DNA of 64,000 nucleotides. Source: Catajapyx aquilonaris. Its lineage: Eukaryota. The stretch is taken from assembly GCA_000934665.2 (NCBI GenBank), contig JYFJ02000115.1, forward strand, positions 1 through 64,000, given 5' to 3'. Below, piece after piece: positions 13,505-25,672 of the stretch (positions within the stretch are counted from its first letter, which is position 1; every line of letters starts with the position of its first letter). The notes beneath the pieces were generated by a model. The model did not search any database, was not told where the DNA came from, and saw nothing but the letters and a program-made list of their open reading frames with translations. A program made the position numbers and the translations under genes.

Positions 13505-16500
13505 ATGGCCCGTGTAGACAGTGGCCATGAGACTTTGTTCTCTGACGAGGAGGAAGAGGATTCTCCGACGCCGACGTGCGACGAGTCGTCTCCTGCGTTC
13601 GTCTCGTCGTCTCCAGCTCCAAACAGCGCCTTCATCAGCAGGGCCCATCACCATCCTTCCTCTTCGTCTTCGGCAACCATCCTGGGCGGAAGAAGGTTCG
13701 TCAATGTGGACGGAGTTGACCTCGGACGACCCGCGCCGCCAAAGCTCACCCCGGTCAGCGGGGTCTTGGGACAGGTCAGTTCAATCAATGCATTTATATA
13801 TGAAAAATCATAACTGAAACGGACAATGACTTCGTACCGGACACAACTGATATTGGCTAATCCATACCAGAAATTGGCACACTCTGCAAAATGTTCCGAA
13901 TGACAGCACTTGAGCGTACGGTCGTGGCCAAAAGGCACGTGGTAGAACATAAAAGCATTACTGCAAGACTAGCAATTAAATAATTAATCTGCGAGTTTCC
14001 TTGATGGGATTACAGTACTGTATACAGTAAGTCACTTGGTTGCCCCAATATTTGGTTATACCTTTTGCACACAGCTGTACACAGAGCCTCTTACTCATTC
14101 AACACTTCATCATTTCTTTCTGGGAAATACCCAGGCAATATAAACTAGCAAAAAAAACCAATAATACCAGTCCTACACGTGTCCTTCAGACCGAATTACG
14201 AAGGGTAGTCTTTGGTTAGTCTTGGCGGTAATTTAGTTCTCTGCAAATGTCGCCAATAAATAATACTAACGTTGCTGAAAGAGCGGTTGTAAATATTTTG
14301 CATTGCACCAGTCCTCTTCTGAGCTTCTTAAACGATACAGCGTGCTTGCAAAATAAAACAAAATTTTAAAGTGCTATAGCATTTTAACTGGTTTTCCAGG
14401 CATACTTCAGCAATTTTGCCTTATACTCGAAGTCAGTGTATCATACTGTTCGGCTTCAAAGCATGTCTGGCTTTTTTTTTCTCCATTGCTACATGCCACG
14501 TAACGTACCACAGTGTTTTGCTTAATATCACGAATGTTTGGTAATGCAAAAAACATTGCACTCAGCATTTCACGTGCTGGACTTTGCGCCAATCACACGC
14601 TTACAGGCCGAGTTAACAACTCAATTGTCGTATAAGCATATTGGTACATTGCACTTTCAGAACTTCGCTTTCGACAGGCAATTTTAAATGCGGATTCCCT
14701 TGCATGCACATGTGCTTTAGCATTGGTCACTTACATAAGGAATCTTATAAAATGTGTTATAATCGCTCGGAATTACTGGCCATCACCCATGTGTAAATGG
14801 CCTGTACAGTACGTGCCGCGTGGAAACTATGCCTATTTTTATATCGCCTCGTTATAGGTGGAGTGTATCTAACGCGTAAGAAAACCGATAAGGTCGTATC
14901 CCACGTATACATAACACAGTTCGGATCAATACACCTGTTTCTTTCCTATCCGGAGCGACAGTGTGCGTGTCTGCTGGATCAAAAGAAATGTATAGTGTGC
15001 ACCCATCGATTTCCTTACAATATTATAGTCTGACCCAACAAGACAAGCTTTGCGACGATGCATTCCTCCTTGGTAAGTCTTGATCATGTGCGTGCATAAT
15101 ATGTAGGTGTTAGGTGTGTGTGTGTGTACGAGAGAGCCTGCATGGCGAAAAAGGAACCGCATTCCAAGCCGACCTCCGGGTTCGAAGGAAAAAGTAACCG
15201 TGCGCTCTTGCTGTGTATACTGTACACATAAATGACATTGGAGCCCAAGCAGGATATACTGTGTCGGACACATCTGATCAAACGTACCTATACACAGTGC
15301 CAGGTGAAGGCGACAGGATCTGAGTGACATTTTTTTTTATACTGTTGCCGGATTCACACACACACAAAAAAGGTGTGGTTGTTTACTTATTTTTATGGAG
15401 TACTTCATCTGTGCCTAAATCATTACTGTTGTTCTCTGTTTTATGGCGTCTCAAGTAGCCTTGAACGACATTAAGGGCCAGTTTCACAGAGCTCGGTACC
15501 GGTATAACTTAAAACCTCGGTTATAACCAGAATTGGCCTATAGCATTGTTGTCAACAATGAAAATAACTGAGGATTTTCAGAAATATATACTGAGCTCGG
15601 TGAAACCGTCCCAACTATTTGGTCCGATTGATTTTTAAACAAAGGATGTTTACATCGCTTTTTATAGCGCTCCATCAATGGTTTACGTCCAGAAATACAC
15701 ACTACACACCTCTGTAAACAATATGTGGATCCAGCTACAGGTGGTGTCCTACAAGATTTGTTAGCGACTTGCCTTATATGATCAGACATCCCTTAAAAAT
15801 TCGCAGACCTTTTGTTTGCTGAATCCAGGACCCAGCTGGCCCGGCTTTAATTAGGTGTAAATTAAAATGCGAACGTGGTGTTTGTGTGCGGTGGCATTGA
15901 CCTGGGCAGCAGTCGGTGTTGCTGGTCTTATGCCGATGCACCGTTACACCAGTCCCTGGGGCAGCCTTTTTGGGGATACCGACTTTTGCTACACATGTAT
16001 CGCGACACCCTATAATATATATAAATTTTTTCAAGAATGGAGGACGAGTGGGCGGAATTATTTTTTTGGAGAGGGGACAGAACCAGGTTAACCTACGCAA
16101 ATCGGATTTTTTTTTGTTCCAACATGGCGGAAATTGGCGAATATGTAGGTACACTTGGGAACCCCCCTGCAAGATCCGCTAACGGTGATGGTGAAGGTCA
16201 AGATCAGAAACGGCTTCGAAGGTTAGATCAAGAAAAAAAAAAAGGTGGGGGGACGCCCTTGATGTCTTTAGTCCTGCGAAACATTGTGCCGGCCGATTTG
16301 ACTCAAAAATATAAATCAAGGCCCTTTGCTGAAAAAAACGTGGTCGTGGAATCATGCGCAATATTTTTTTTTTGCCAACACCGTGTGACTTACAGGCAAT
16401 AACCGTTGCAAATGAACCATTTCGTTTCGGTGTGTGCTTCCACCCAGGGCATGGTCAGGTTGCCTACCTCGAAATTACTTCACATAATATGTGCTCAACT

Positions 16501-19500
16501 AGCAGCAGAAATAATGCATCAGTGTGCTCAGTAGTGTGGAAGTAGGTTAGGTAGCCCGGACAAAACATGCATGCCAACAAACTGTCCAGTTTATACTATA
16601 TACTATACAGGAGACCCGCCATGAACTCTTTGAATGGGCGCCAAGTGCGTCAATTCTTAGCGGGGAGTAAGTGAACCGCCATCACACAGGTTTGCTCCTT
16701 GGGGGTTGATGGATCCGGCCCCAAGGATGCTTGCAGCGGCATACCTGCATGCAACGAGTGATCAATGTGCGGTACCTGTACCGTAGCGTGCAAACCGCCT
16801 CCATTTACATAATATCCTGCACGAAAATGGGGGGGCCCCCTTCCTGATTTTTCGCTAAACCCGATGGCTGCTGCTGCTGCTGCAAGAAGGGGTCAACTAA
16901 CCATTTGAACGGTAAAGTCCCCTCCAGAAAACATTAAAAAAGTGACGTCGATTTTTGCTTATTTGCCCGGAAGGGGGGGGGGGGGGGTTGCTGGAAATGT
17001 ACAGAGAGAAAGGAGAAGAATCGAACAAACGCAGCTGGAATTCCGTCGTACCCAGGTACGGCTTCCTGTGGGGTCGCTTGTTAGGTGAGGTCACCATCTT
17101 TGCTGGTGGTCTCTCTCGTCTCTTCTTCTTCTTCTTTTTTTCTTTTCCTCGAAACAGGACATGATGGTGCGCCCGTGTAAATACGAGGCCTCGAAGGTGT
17201 TGCTAACGGCCTGTCCTGACCAGCATTCATTATTAACGTCAAGGAAGGATTGTTGGACATTAATGGTGTCGTACTTGTAGCGCCACCAGCCGATAGCGAC
17301 AAAAGAGCGAATCGAAATGCCTCCATATGACCACCTTCACTGAGATTGAAATCTTATCTGTACATAATAAAACAGAAATAATTTTGTGTGCATGTCTGGG
17401 CTACCTAACCCACTTCCGGATTACCGGAGAGTGCTGCTCTACATATCTCTTTATATAAACCGTTTATACAGGGTGGACCAACTTCAAGTGTCGTTTTATA
17501 ACGGCGATTAATAGCAGTGATTTTGCGATGACGTTGCAGCGACGTGTAAAATGTCCCACTTCGGCGCCATCGAAGTGGGCCATTTTACACGTCGCTGCTA
17601 CGTCAATCGTAAAGCGCTTCTATTAATAGCCGTTATAAAACGACACTTGAAGTTGGTCCACCCTGTATAAAGATATATATATATATATATATATAGACGA
17701 GTTTCCTCACTCTCAGTAGTCCGAAAGTGGGCATACAGACAAACTTTATGTTAGCAACATAAAGTTTGTCTGTATGTCCGGTTACCTAGCCCACTTCCGG
17801 ACTACTGTGAATGCTGAAACTTGGCACACTGATGGCTTACATGACGCTGACTGACTTGATCGAGTGAAGGTGGCACATTTCGATTCGCTCTTTTGCCACC
17901 ATCGGCTCGTGGCGCCACAAGTACGACACCATTAATGTCCACGGTATACTTTTAACGCGCACCAATTAGGCGAAGGATTACTTCCTCTCGAAAACTCTCT
18001 AGCTGTCATTAACTGGAAGAAAAAGAAGGGTGGCGTCAAAGACCCAAAATAAACGGTGCAGTGATCAGCAGGGCCAGAGGAAGCCACGGTGCGAATCGAC
18101 CATTGTTGCAGAGTTCTCTCCTCTCTTTTTTTCATTATTATTTCCAACCTTTTTTTTTCTCTCTCGTGGAGGTGGGCGAGAGATGCGGTTGCTGATTTCG
18201 CTCAGGAGAGGTTCAGTTGGTGTTGTAGAGCCGGATGGGTAGCAGCAACTTTGCTAGAGGAGCCGGTCCATCATCAGTCGGTCCTGACTTTTTCGGCGGT
18301 CCTGACCTGTCTTTAGAGGTAAACCCCCCCTCGTACACATTATAATATCGGCTCGAAAGCCAAAAAGGAGTAATTACTTTGTAGCAAGTGCAGGAAGAAA
18401 ATAAGGAAGAGAAGTTACAACGTCGTTAGCTGCACCAGGGTGAGGACTCATTTGTAACCAGCCTTTTGTAACGATAATGGTAACAGTGCTGTGGCCATAA
18501 AACCTATACGGTATAAGTGGGGCATATCCGATAATTTTATTACTGACAGTTCGTGACAGTTGGGATGACGGACAGTTTTCTCTCTTTCCAAATGATAATA
18601 ACAAGGTTTGCAACACTCATTTATCTTTTACTATAAAGTGCTTTTAAAACTGACGTATTCGGACGTCAGAAGCCTTTTAAGATATTGCTAAGTACGTTTT
18701 ACATATTGTTGATTTGCTGCTGATGTCAGACCTTACAAGCAAGAACACCTTGTACTATATTAACTCTCAGGTTTACTGTTGACAGCAATGAGTAATAAGG
18801 GCAACAATTTAACTTCTATGTCGCAAATCTGGCCAAACTGGCTGATTTATAGGGCCAGTTTCACCGAGCTCAGTATAACCTAGAACCTCGGTTATAACAA
18901 GCATTGCCATTAGCACAACCATTGTTGTCAACAATGAAAACTGAGGATTTTTCGACCCTGAAAAGAAGCTCGGATTTATAATATATACCGCTGAGCTCGG
19001 TGAAACTGGGCACTTAAAGTGTCGTTTTCTCTCTCGTTTTTTTCTTCTTAAAGTAAACCGTCAGTTTTTTTTCTTCGGACTCGATAATATGTAGACCGGA
19101 AAGTCGCATGTTTATTGCATAAACTTATTTGCAAAACCTTCATACATGCAGTGGCAGGCTACCTCAGCCATGAATGCTTTCACCTACTTTCAATTACAGC
19201 ACTTTTTTTAAGGTCATATCTACACGCAATACTTGTGCTGTACCGACGGCATGAAGCGAATGACAAGCATCGACAACACGAATCGCAACAATTTTTTCCC
19301 CCGAAAATAACGCTAACGTCTAATTTTTTTTCACTCACATCTTACGACATGTTCTGTGTACGCGTCATCCTGTATCATTGTCCAAAAAAAAACCCGCTGT
19401 GTGAAAAGGTATTAACGGAAGTAACCGCGAAACAGGGTGCGAAAATGAATCGTAATTGCCGCGTTGCTGGCAATTAATTAGGAACCGGAGCCATTTCCTT

Positions 19501-22500
19501 GTTCCTCCAAAGTGTGTGAACTAGAATGAACCCAGAAATGATAACCCACTGATTCTTATCTTTTGCAAAAATTGGCGACACGTAGGAATCCCACTCGCAA
19601 TTTTTTTGCCACACGCTGTTGCCTACCGAGCGGAAATGTGAGTCAGAGCGACATTTAGACCTTGGACTAATTTGGACATCCATTTATTTTGGCTCCTAAA
19701 GTACATCCCGAGCTCCTGATCCGATCGCAAAATTTAGCGAGGATAATCGCGGATCTGAGCTCTCGTCACGCGGGTACTGACAAAGCATTAAATTTTTTTT
19801 TACAATGTATATTATGTAGTAACAAGCTTGTGTTGATGCTTACCTTGACGGAACTGAAAAGGAGGCCTGAAGCCCACCAGAAGCCTTGGGAGGGGATGCA
19901 AATTTGCACTAAATTTAATGTCCGGTGGTAATTGCTCAATTGCTGAGTCCAAGGTCTATGTATACAAGAGTTGTAACAAAATATCGCACAGAAGTTAAGT
20001 CCTCAAAGGGTGACTTTCTCTATAGCTGTCAGTCGGACGCGAAAGTAATGTTGGATACACGTTGAGGGGCAGCTTCAACGCTTGTTAGCCACCATGTCCA
20101 GATCGCAATCTGAGGCTCACCCTGGACTCTCATCTAACTGCTCTTGTAACGTGAGCGCGCCCCTAAGAAAGAGTGGTTTCCGTCATGGAGGGAGGGGGGG
20201 GGGACACACTCCCGGAGATTGCCTCAGAGTTATAAAGATATCACCCAAAGATTGGCGCGTGCCCATTCCGAAATTTGGTCACGTCCAACAAGAGTGACCG
20301 CCTGGTTGGTTTTTTTATTATTATTATTAAAAAAAACTGTCTGTGATCTTTACGACTTTGACACGGTCAAGAGTCCAGATTGGGGTTGAAGAAGAAGAAA
20401 AAAAAAATAGATTTTTCGGGGGTTAGTCCAAACCGGTTCTTTTTTTTATTTTAAAAAAAGAGCCTGCGTCACGACTTGCGAATCTGCGCAGGTGCTACGC
20501 ATGCCAGGGTTGGTCACGACCCTTCTGGATGATGTAGAACGACCCCTCCAAAAGTGTATGGGAATTGTCCAATTTTTGTGTTGCTTGTCTTCCAGAGAAA
20601 GCCTACCCTCACAAGCGAAAGTGGAACTGATCAGGGATTCACACAAGATTTTTTTTTTTTTTTTTTACATTTTTTTTTCAGGGAAAAGTTGTGATCCGGC
20701 CGATTGCTTTCAAGCCTGTGATGTCGCCGACTGTTCGGTACCAGAGCACCGGAGGAGAGAGGTACTGCTCGACACCATCGCTACCTCGAGCTGCATCGCA
20801 CATATCGCATTACGGAAGTGAGTATATGGCCGTGATAAGTTTATAATATGACCTCAATACCCATTTCTTCAAGCAAAAACACATCAAAATTCATTTTTAA
20901 ATAATGGCGATTTTTTTACATGGGTTTGCAAAATGTGCACATTTTGCAAACCCATCGTAATTATTTTTAAATGATTTTTGCGCTGTTTGTTTGAAGAAAT
21001 ACGTGTTAGTTTTCGACATATGATCAATCTAAGATCGTACTGACGTCACTGTGGCTAAACAGATCGGTGCTGCAGAGGCAGGAATGCACCCGGGCTGCTT
21101 TGCCGGTTTGCTTTATTGGCGACCATACCAACCGAATCGAGCGGATCGCCAATAAAGCAGGTGCACCTGTCTGCTGACGTCACACTGGTCACGGACAGGA
21201 GTAGGAATGCGCCTTATAAGACCACGCCCCCTTTCCCCCCGCCAATTTGAGAGTGACTTTTAAACCTGCGATAATTTAGCGAGGAATGTCATTTTGATGC
21301 TGAAAAGTGGCGGAATGCTTGTTTATACATGTATGGTTGAGTCCAAATGTTCCAAATCCCAGACTCAAGGCTAGGACATTAATTTGGATAAAAAATGGCG
21401 GCGCCCATGCGACATTCCGCACCCTACTAATTTCAATTGGAAATATGCCTCAATTACGATGGGGTGAAAATCTCTCGTTTACTGAGGGACAAACATTGCA
21501 CCTACCCTGTATATACAACAATCCGTAGCAGGTGTTGCCGTACATGATATGGAAACATGGTTCGTTACCCGAGGACGAGATTTCGCACCTGCTGAATGGA
21601 AAATCCCCCCCATCGCCTGGAGGTCATGTCCATATTTTTTTCTCTCTCTCTATCTCTCTCGCTCTCCTGTGAGAGGTTGAGATCCAGGCAAAGTAAGAAT
21701 GGGGCAAGGTGGAATCTCCAGATTCTTGTAGCCCGCTTCGTGACCAGTGGTGACCAATCCTCTCCTACAGTCCATTAGGCCCCTCTCTAGAGAGACCGGA
21801 TGCTGCTTGCTTTTTGTCCATTCAAAAAAGAAGAAGAAGAAGGGGGGGGGGGGNGGGGGGGGGGCAGGAGTGACCGGTGACCTTAAACCGTGGAGGTCAT
21901 TGGGTAGGTTTGCTCCCGACCGGTATGCGTTTTTTTTTTGAAAGGTCAGCACGCATGCATGATGCTGGGCTGGATTTATCTGAACTGCTATTTTTTTCCA
22001 TCATGCCTACTACACCTAACACTTTTTGTATCGTCCACCAAGGCACGACGGACCTGAGAGTTCACGGCAACCCGTCCAGCTTCTCTCTGGACCGAAAGCT
22101 GGCTCCTCAATCCAGCAAGATCCAGCACTACCACAGCCAGGATAATGTGGTCAAGACCTCGTTACACCACGCGTACCACCAGTACCATCATCTGCACTCG
22201 GGCGCTTCCGCATCGTCGTCTGAGCACAAGTACGCCAACACCTACTGCGACCAAGTGGTGGACACACCGCAGTCATTCTCCAACATGTCAACAATGCAGA
22301 GGATAGGTGGGTCCATGGGAAGCGTCAGACCTGGAGGAGGTACCGGCGGGGGTACGCCGTCGGTCATGAGCGGAAGCATCGGAGGATCCAGCTTGCATTT
22401 GGATTGTCTCGGTATGTCACATTCGAGCGGATGTTTGTCCGACATGATAGTACCACAATCGCCCACACGGTGGCAGAAGCGGGCAAGGGACATCTATGCG

Positions 22501-24555
22501 TGAAGAATAGTACTAATTAGTAAATCGGCGCTGTTAGGTCGGACAAACATCGGGCAGAATAAGCGGCTCATTATAAGTAACACTATAATCACACAGGCAT
22601 GACGACATCGTCGGTGTCCGGTTCCCAACTGAACCTGGAGGATCTCCAGCAGACTCCTTCGCCTTCAGACTCAGGCGTGGCTGAACTGGAGGCGATGCTG
22701 AAGGAAAAGGACTCCGAGATCAACTACCTCCGAGAGACCATGGAGCAGAACGAGCAGGTCATCTTCAAGGTGTACGAAGAGAAGGAAAAGATGTGGGAGC
22801 GGGAACTCAGGAAGATCAAAGGAATGTACGAGAACAGACTGAAGGCCAGTCAGCAAAAGGCTCTAAAGATGGAGCAAATGTTGATGATGCAGACATACCA
22901 GGTGAGAGAGACTTTGCGACAATTTAACCTCGGTTGTTAAAACAAGGCAGTGTTTTTTTTTTTAAATTGCTGCTGCCCAACACTCGTAAAACATACGCCC
23001 GACGCAATTACAAAAGCGGCTAATTACAGGGCAATACTTCTTCGACTAAGATGAAGGTCACCTGCCTGCAATTTTAATGTAGCGGTTGTCAATTGGTGTG
23101 GCATTCGACTCTTAATTACTAACCATTCATTACGAGAAAGAATAATGTATATTTCTATATATAAAAAATTTCAAAGAAGATTTGACCTGGCGAAAAATCC
23201 GCGTCACGCCTTTACAAGCCTGATGGAAATTCGCAACCCCGCCCCCCTTTAACTTCCGGCTTTTTTCCTCTTGACAACTTTAGACTTTTGGCCCACCCAA
23301 CCCCTTAAAATTAATGACCCTCTCTCTGCAGGGACCTGCCTTTTTGACACGATCAAATCAACCAGCATTTAGATTTCTACGCAATGAACAACAATGAGGT
23401 TTTTTTTGCTCCAGGCAATTTTTGCACACATTTTTTTTTTGCATCCGAGTCGTGAGGATGTATGGAGATGGGTGATTTGGGGGCGCTTGAAAATAACAGG
23501 GGTTTGAGCCCTTGTGTGCGCTGCCTGGAAATACGTGGCCTGAGGCACGTTTGAAAAGGAGGAGATACTGCACCAGTGATGCGTGACTCCTTCCTCCTTT
23601 TTGCCTTCCTCAACCATCCATATGTTGGAAGATGATGGTGCGGTACAGTTACACTCAAACATACGGGTTTCCCCCAAATTGCCAATAAGCTCGTGGGAAA
23701 CTGACCTTTAAAAATGACCAAGTTTTGTTTCCTCCCAAACAGTTACAGCAGGAGAAGCGGAAGCTGAGGCAGGATCTTGAAGAGTGTCGGATGCACCGTG
23801 AGCAGGCGGAGAGAAGAAGCACGGAGCTCCAGAGGGAGGTTGAGGCTCTCCGGGTCCAACTTGAGGAGACGGAGTGGGCTCTGTGTCAGAAGTCAGGCGA
23901 GATCTCCTTGCTCAAGTCGCAGCTCAAGGACTCACAAGGAGACCAGACGACAAAGGGACACGAGATGCTGCATCTCAGAGCACAGGTCAGAGAGTACAAA
24001 GCCGAGCTGGAGAGGAAGGATCAGGAAGTCAAACACTTGCAGGATCAGGTGAGATCCAGATTATGGTAGTGTGCCGTTGAATTTCCTGACGCATCGCACT
24101 TGCAGACCGCATCGCTGCGCAAAGAAGGCGGTGAGCTGAAAGGCCAGCTGGAAGACAGCCTGCAGTCGCTGCACGCACGGGGACACCGAGACGACTTGAG
24201 GCAACTGGAGATGCGGCAACAGGAGGCGGCGAAGCAGCAGGAAGAGTTGTCGGCTCAGCTCCAGGCGGCACGTGCTGAAAAGGAGTCGATGAGAGAAGGG
24301 TTTGAGGAGGAGAGGGTCACGTGGATGGAGGAAAAGGAGAAGGTCATCAGGTACCAGAAGCAGCTCCAGTTAAATTACGTCCACATGTATCGCCGGACAC
24401 GAACTCTGGAAGGGGAGTTGGAGGAGCTGGCCAGGCAGATGCAAGGTGGGAATGGAGCAGGGCCAAAGTTGAAGTCACCGGGGCAGCTTCTGGCCGGAAA
24501 GAAGGTCGGATCCTCACTGACGCTGGCCGCCGGGCAGGGTGAGGCACACTGTTGA
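13505..24555 (+). CDS. Leucine zipper putative tumour suppressor (LZTS/ProSAPiP1/N4BP3, Fez1 domain) family protein, 6 coding exons, ~611 aa
   Basis: Exons 13505-13774, 20682-20817, 22043-22411, 22597-22901, 23743-24048, 24106-24555 (1836 nt, phases consistent). Family motifs PPKLTPVSG, VIRPIAFKPV, LEETEWALCQKSGEISLLKSQLKD, W-x-EEKEKVIRYQKQLQLNYVHMYRR. Confidence 0.88.
15475..15612. mobile_element. PIF/Harbinger-type MITE, family A copy 1
   Basis: TIRs GGGCCAGTTTCACAGAGCTCGGT ... ACTGAGCTCGGTGAAACCGTCCC; internal sequence (aacctcggttataac, cattgttgtcaacaatgaaaa) shared with the 18852 copy. Confidence 0.75.
17254..17941. mobile_element. Composite nested fold-back element (outer inverted repeat of ~90 bp containing further inverted repeats)
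   Basis: tggacattaatggtgtcgtacttgtagcgccac...aaaagagcgaatcgaaatg from 17254 is the reverse complement of the segment ending at 17941; internal cccacttccggaYtac repeats and a hairpin at 17732-17776. Confidence 0.7.
17469..17665. mobile_element. Tc1/mariner-type MITE forming a near-perfect ~197 bp palindrome
   Basis: TA|CAGGGTGGACCAACTTCAAGTGTCGTTTTATAACGGC ... GCCGTTATAAAACGACACTTGAAGTTGGTCCACCCTG|TA; TA target-site duplication; a related end (tggtccaccctgta) lies near 7490-7504. Confidence 0.85.
18235..18318 (+). CDS. Candidate alternative first coding exon of the LZTS-family gene (MGSSNFARGAGPSSVGPDFFGGPDLSLE)
   Basis: CT-rich tract, Inr-like TCAGTT at 18213-18218, ATG at 18235, 28 open codons, GAG|gtaaac donor in phase 0, matching the phase-0 acceptor at 20682. 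Confidence 0.55.
18852..19012. mobile_element. PIF/Harbinger-type MITE, family A copy 2
   Basis: TIRs GGGCCAGTTTCACCGAGCTCAG ... CTGAGCTCGGTGAAACTGGGC; homologous to 15475-15612. Confidence 0.75.
20864..20999. repeat. AT-rich inverted repeat with a perfect 36-bp central palindrome (probable degenerate MITE)
   Basis: atgggtttgcaaaatgtgcacattttgcaaacccat at 20920-20955, flanked by imperfect arms tttcttcaagcaaa...tttgtttgaagaaa. Confidence 0.7.
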
Positions 24556-25533
24556 CCTCACCAAGTTCCAACAAGGCCAGAACAAAAGTGCATTTCGTCA
24601 AGGTGCACGCCCCGCTGATCATGAATCTATGGCAAAAATGGGCCAAGACATACTGCTGGTGCAGAGAATCAGTCAACATGGGTAGGCAGATTCAGTCAAG
24701 CGCAAGCTTCTCTGCGCCGGTAGGTATGCATCAAATCTCAGGAGTCGGCTTTGGTAGTTTGACATTTGACATATTAAAGAAACGGCATGTAATTACGCTT
24801 CTAGCATAAAATCAGGCATGCACTGTACATACTTGAGTGCCATAAACATTGAAGGACCAAAAATACGGGGACAAAAATGGTTGCATGTTAGGTTTTATCA
24901 CTGTCGTAACCTCCTTCCCGTGTCTGATACTGCTGCGTACAGGTTAAGTTGTTTCTAACTACTGACCAGTGCCTTCACTTCATTAGTCCGCACTAAGCAC
25001 GGGTCTAAACGAGGTGTTTGAAGTTGGCAGGGATCTTCTCGTATTTCTTTCCAGACATTCCACTTTTAGTGATGCATTGAGAACCGGTGTTGCAATTCTG
25101 TCCGTTAATTTCCTCCAAAGTGCCAAATCTCAAAATGATAGTCATGCAATAGTTCCTGACATCAGGACAGTGCACTTCTTCAAACTATTATGCAAGAGAC
25201 AAGTGTGCTGTGCGCTACAATTCTTCTCCCTCCCTGAAAAACTCAACATGCTTTTTATACATACATTTTTTTTTCTCTCCATGTTGCTGTAATCTGTGTA
25301 CATTTTGTGCCTAGTATTTATTTCTTTTACATAGGCAAAGAGGAGTTTTATTTACTTTGTACATACCAGAGATCTGTTCATATTTAGTCAGCGCATGTAA
25401 ATTGTCGATGAACATATTTGTTGAAGGTAATTTTTTTCTATGACAACTAATATATTTGGAAGAGATTTTTTGTGCGGTCAATCTCTAGTTGTTTCGTAAC
25501 TGTAATAATACCGCAAGTTTTTGCTACACAGTT

Positions 25534-25539
25534 AATAAA
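25534..25539 (+). terminator. Probable polyadenylation signal of the LZTS-family gene
   Basis: AATAAA ~1 kb after the stop, following a U-rich 3'UTR-like region and just before the end of FNTA. Confidence 0.55.
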
Positions 25540-25672
25540 AAGACCACTTGAAAAAAAAAGCCAAGAAAATCTTATTTAGCGTAGAGAAGTAACAAAAAAA
25601 TCATAACCCTTATTGTACACCAAAAAATGCTTTCCCTCAGTCCTTTTTTTTTTTTTTGTTGTTGGAAATGGA

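Noticed and set aside
24553..24620. Stop-codon readthrough of LZTS (TGA-C context)
   Set aside because: Only a short featureless extension; nothing beyond the 4-nt context supports it.
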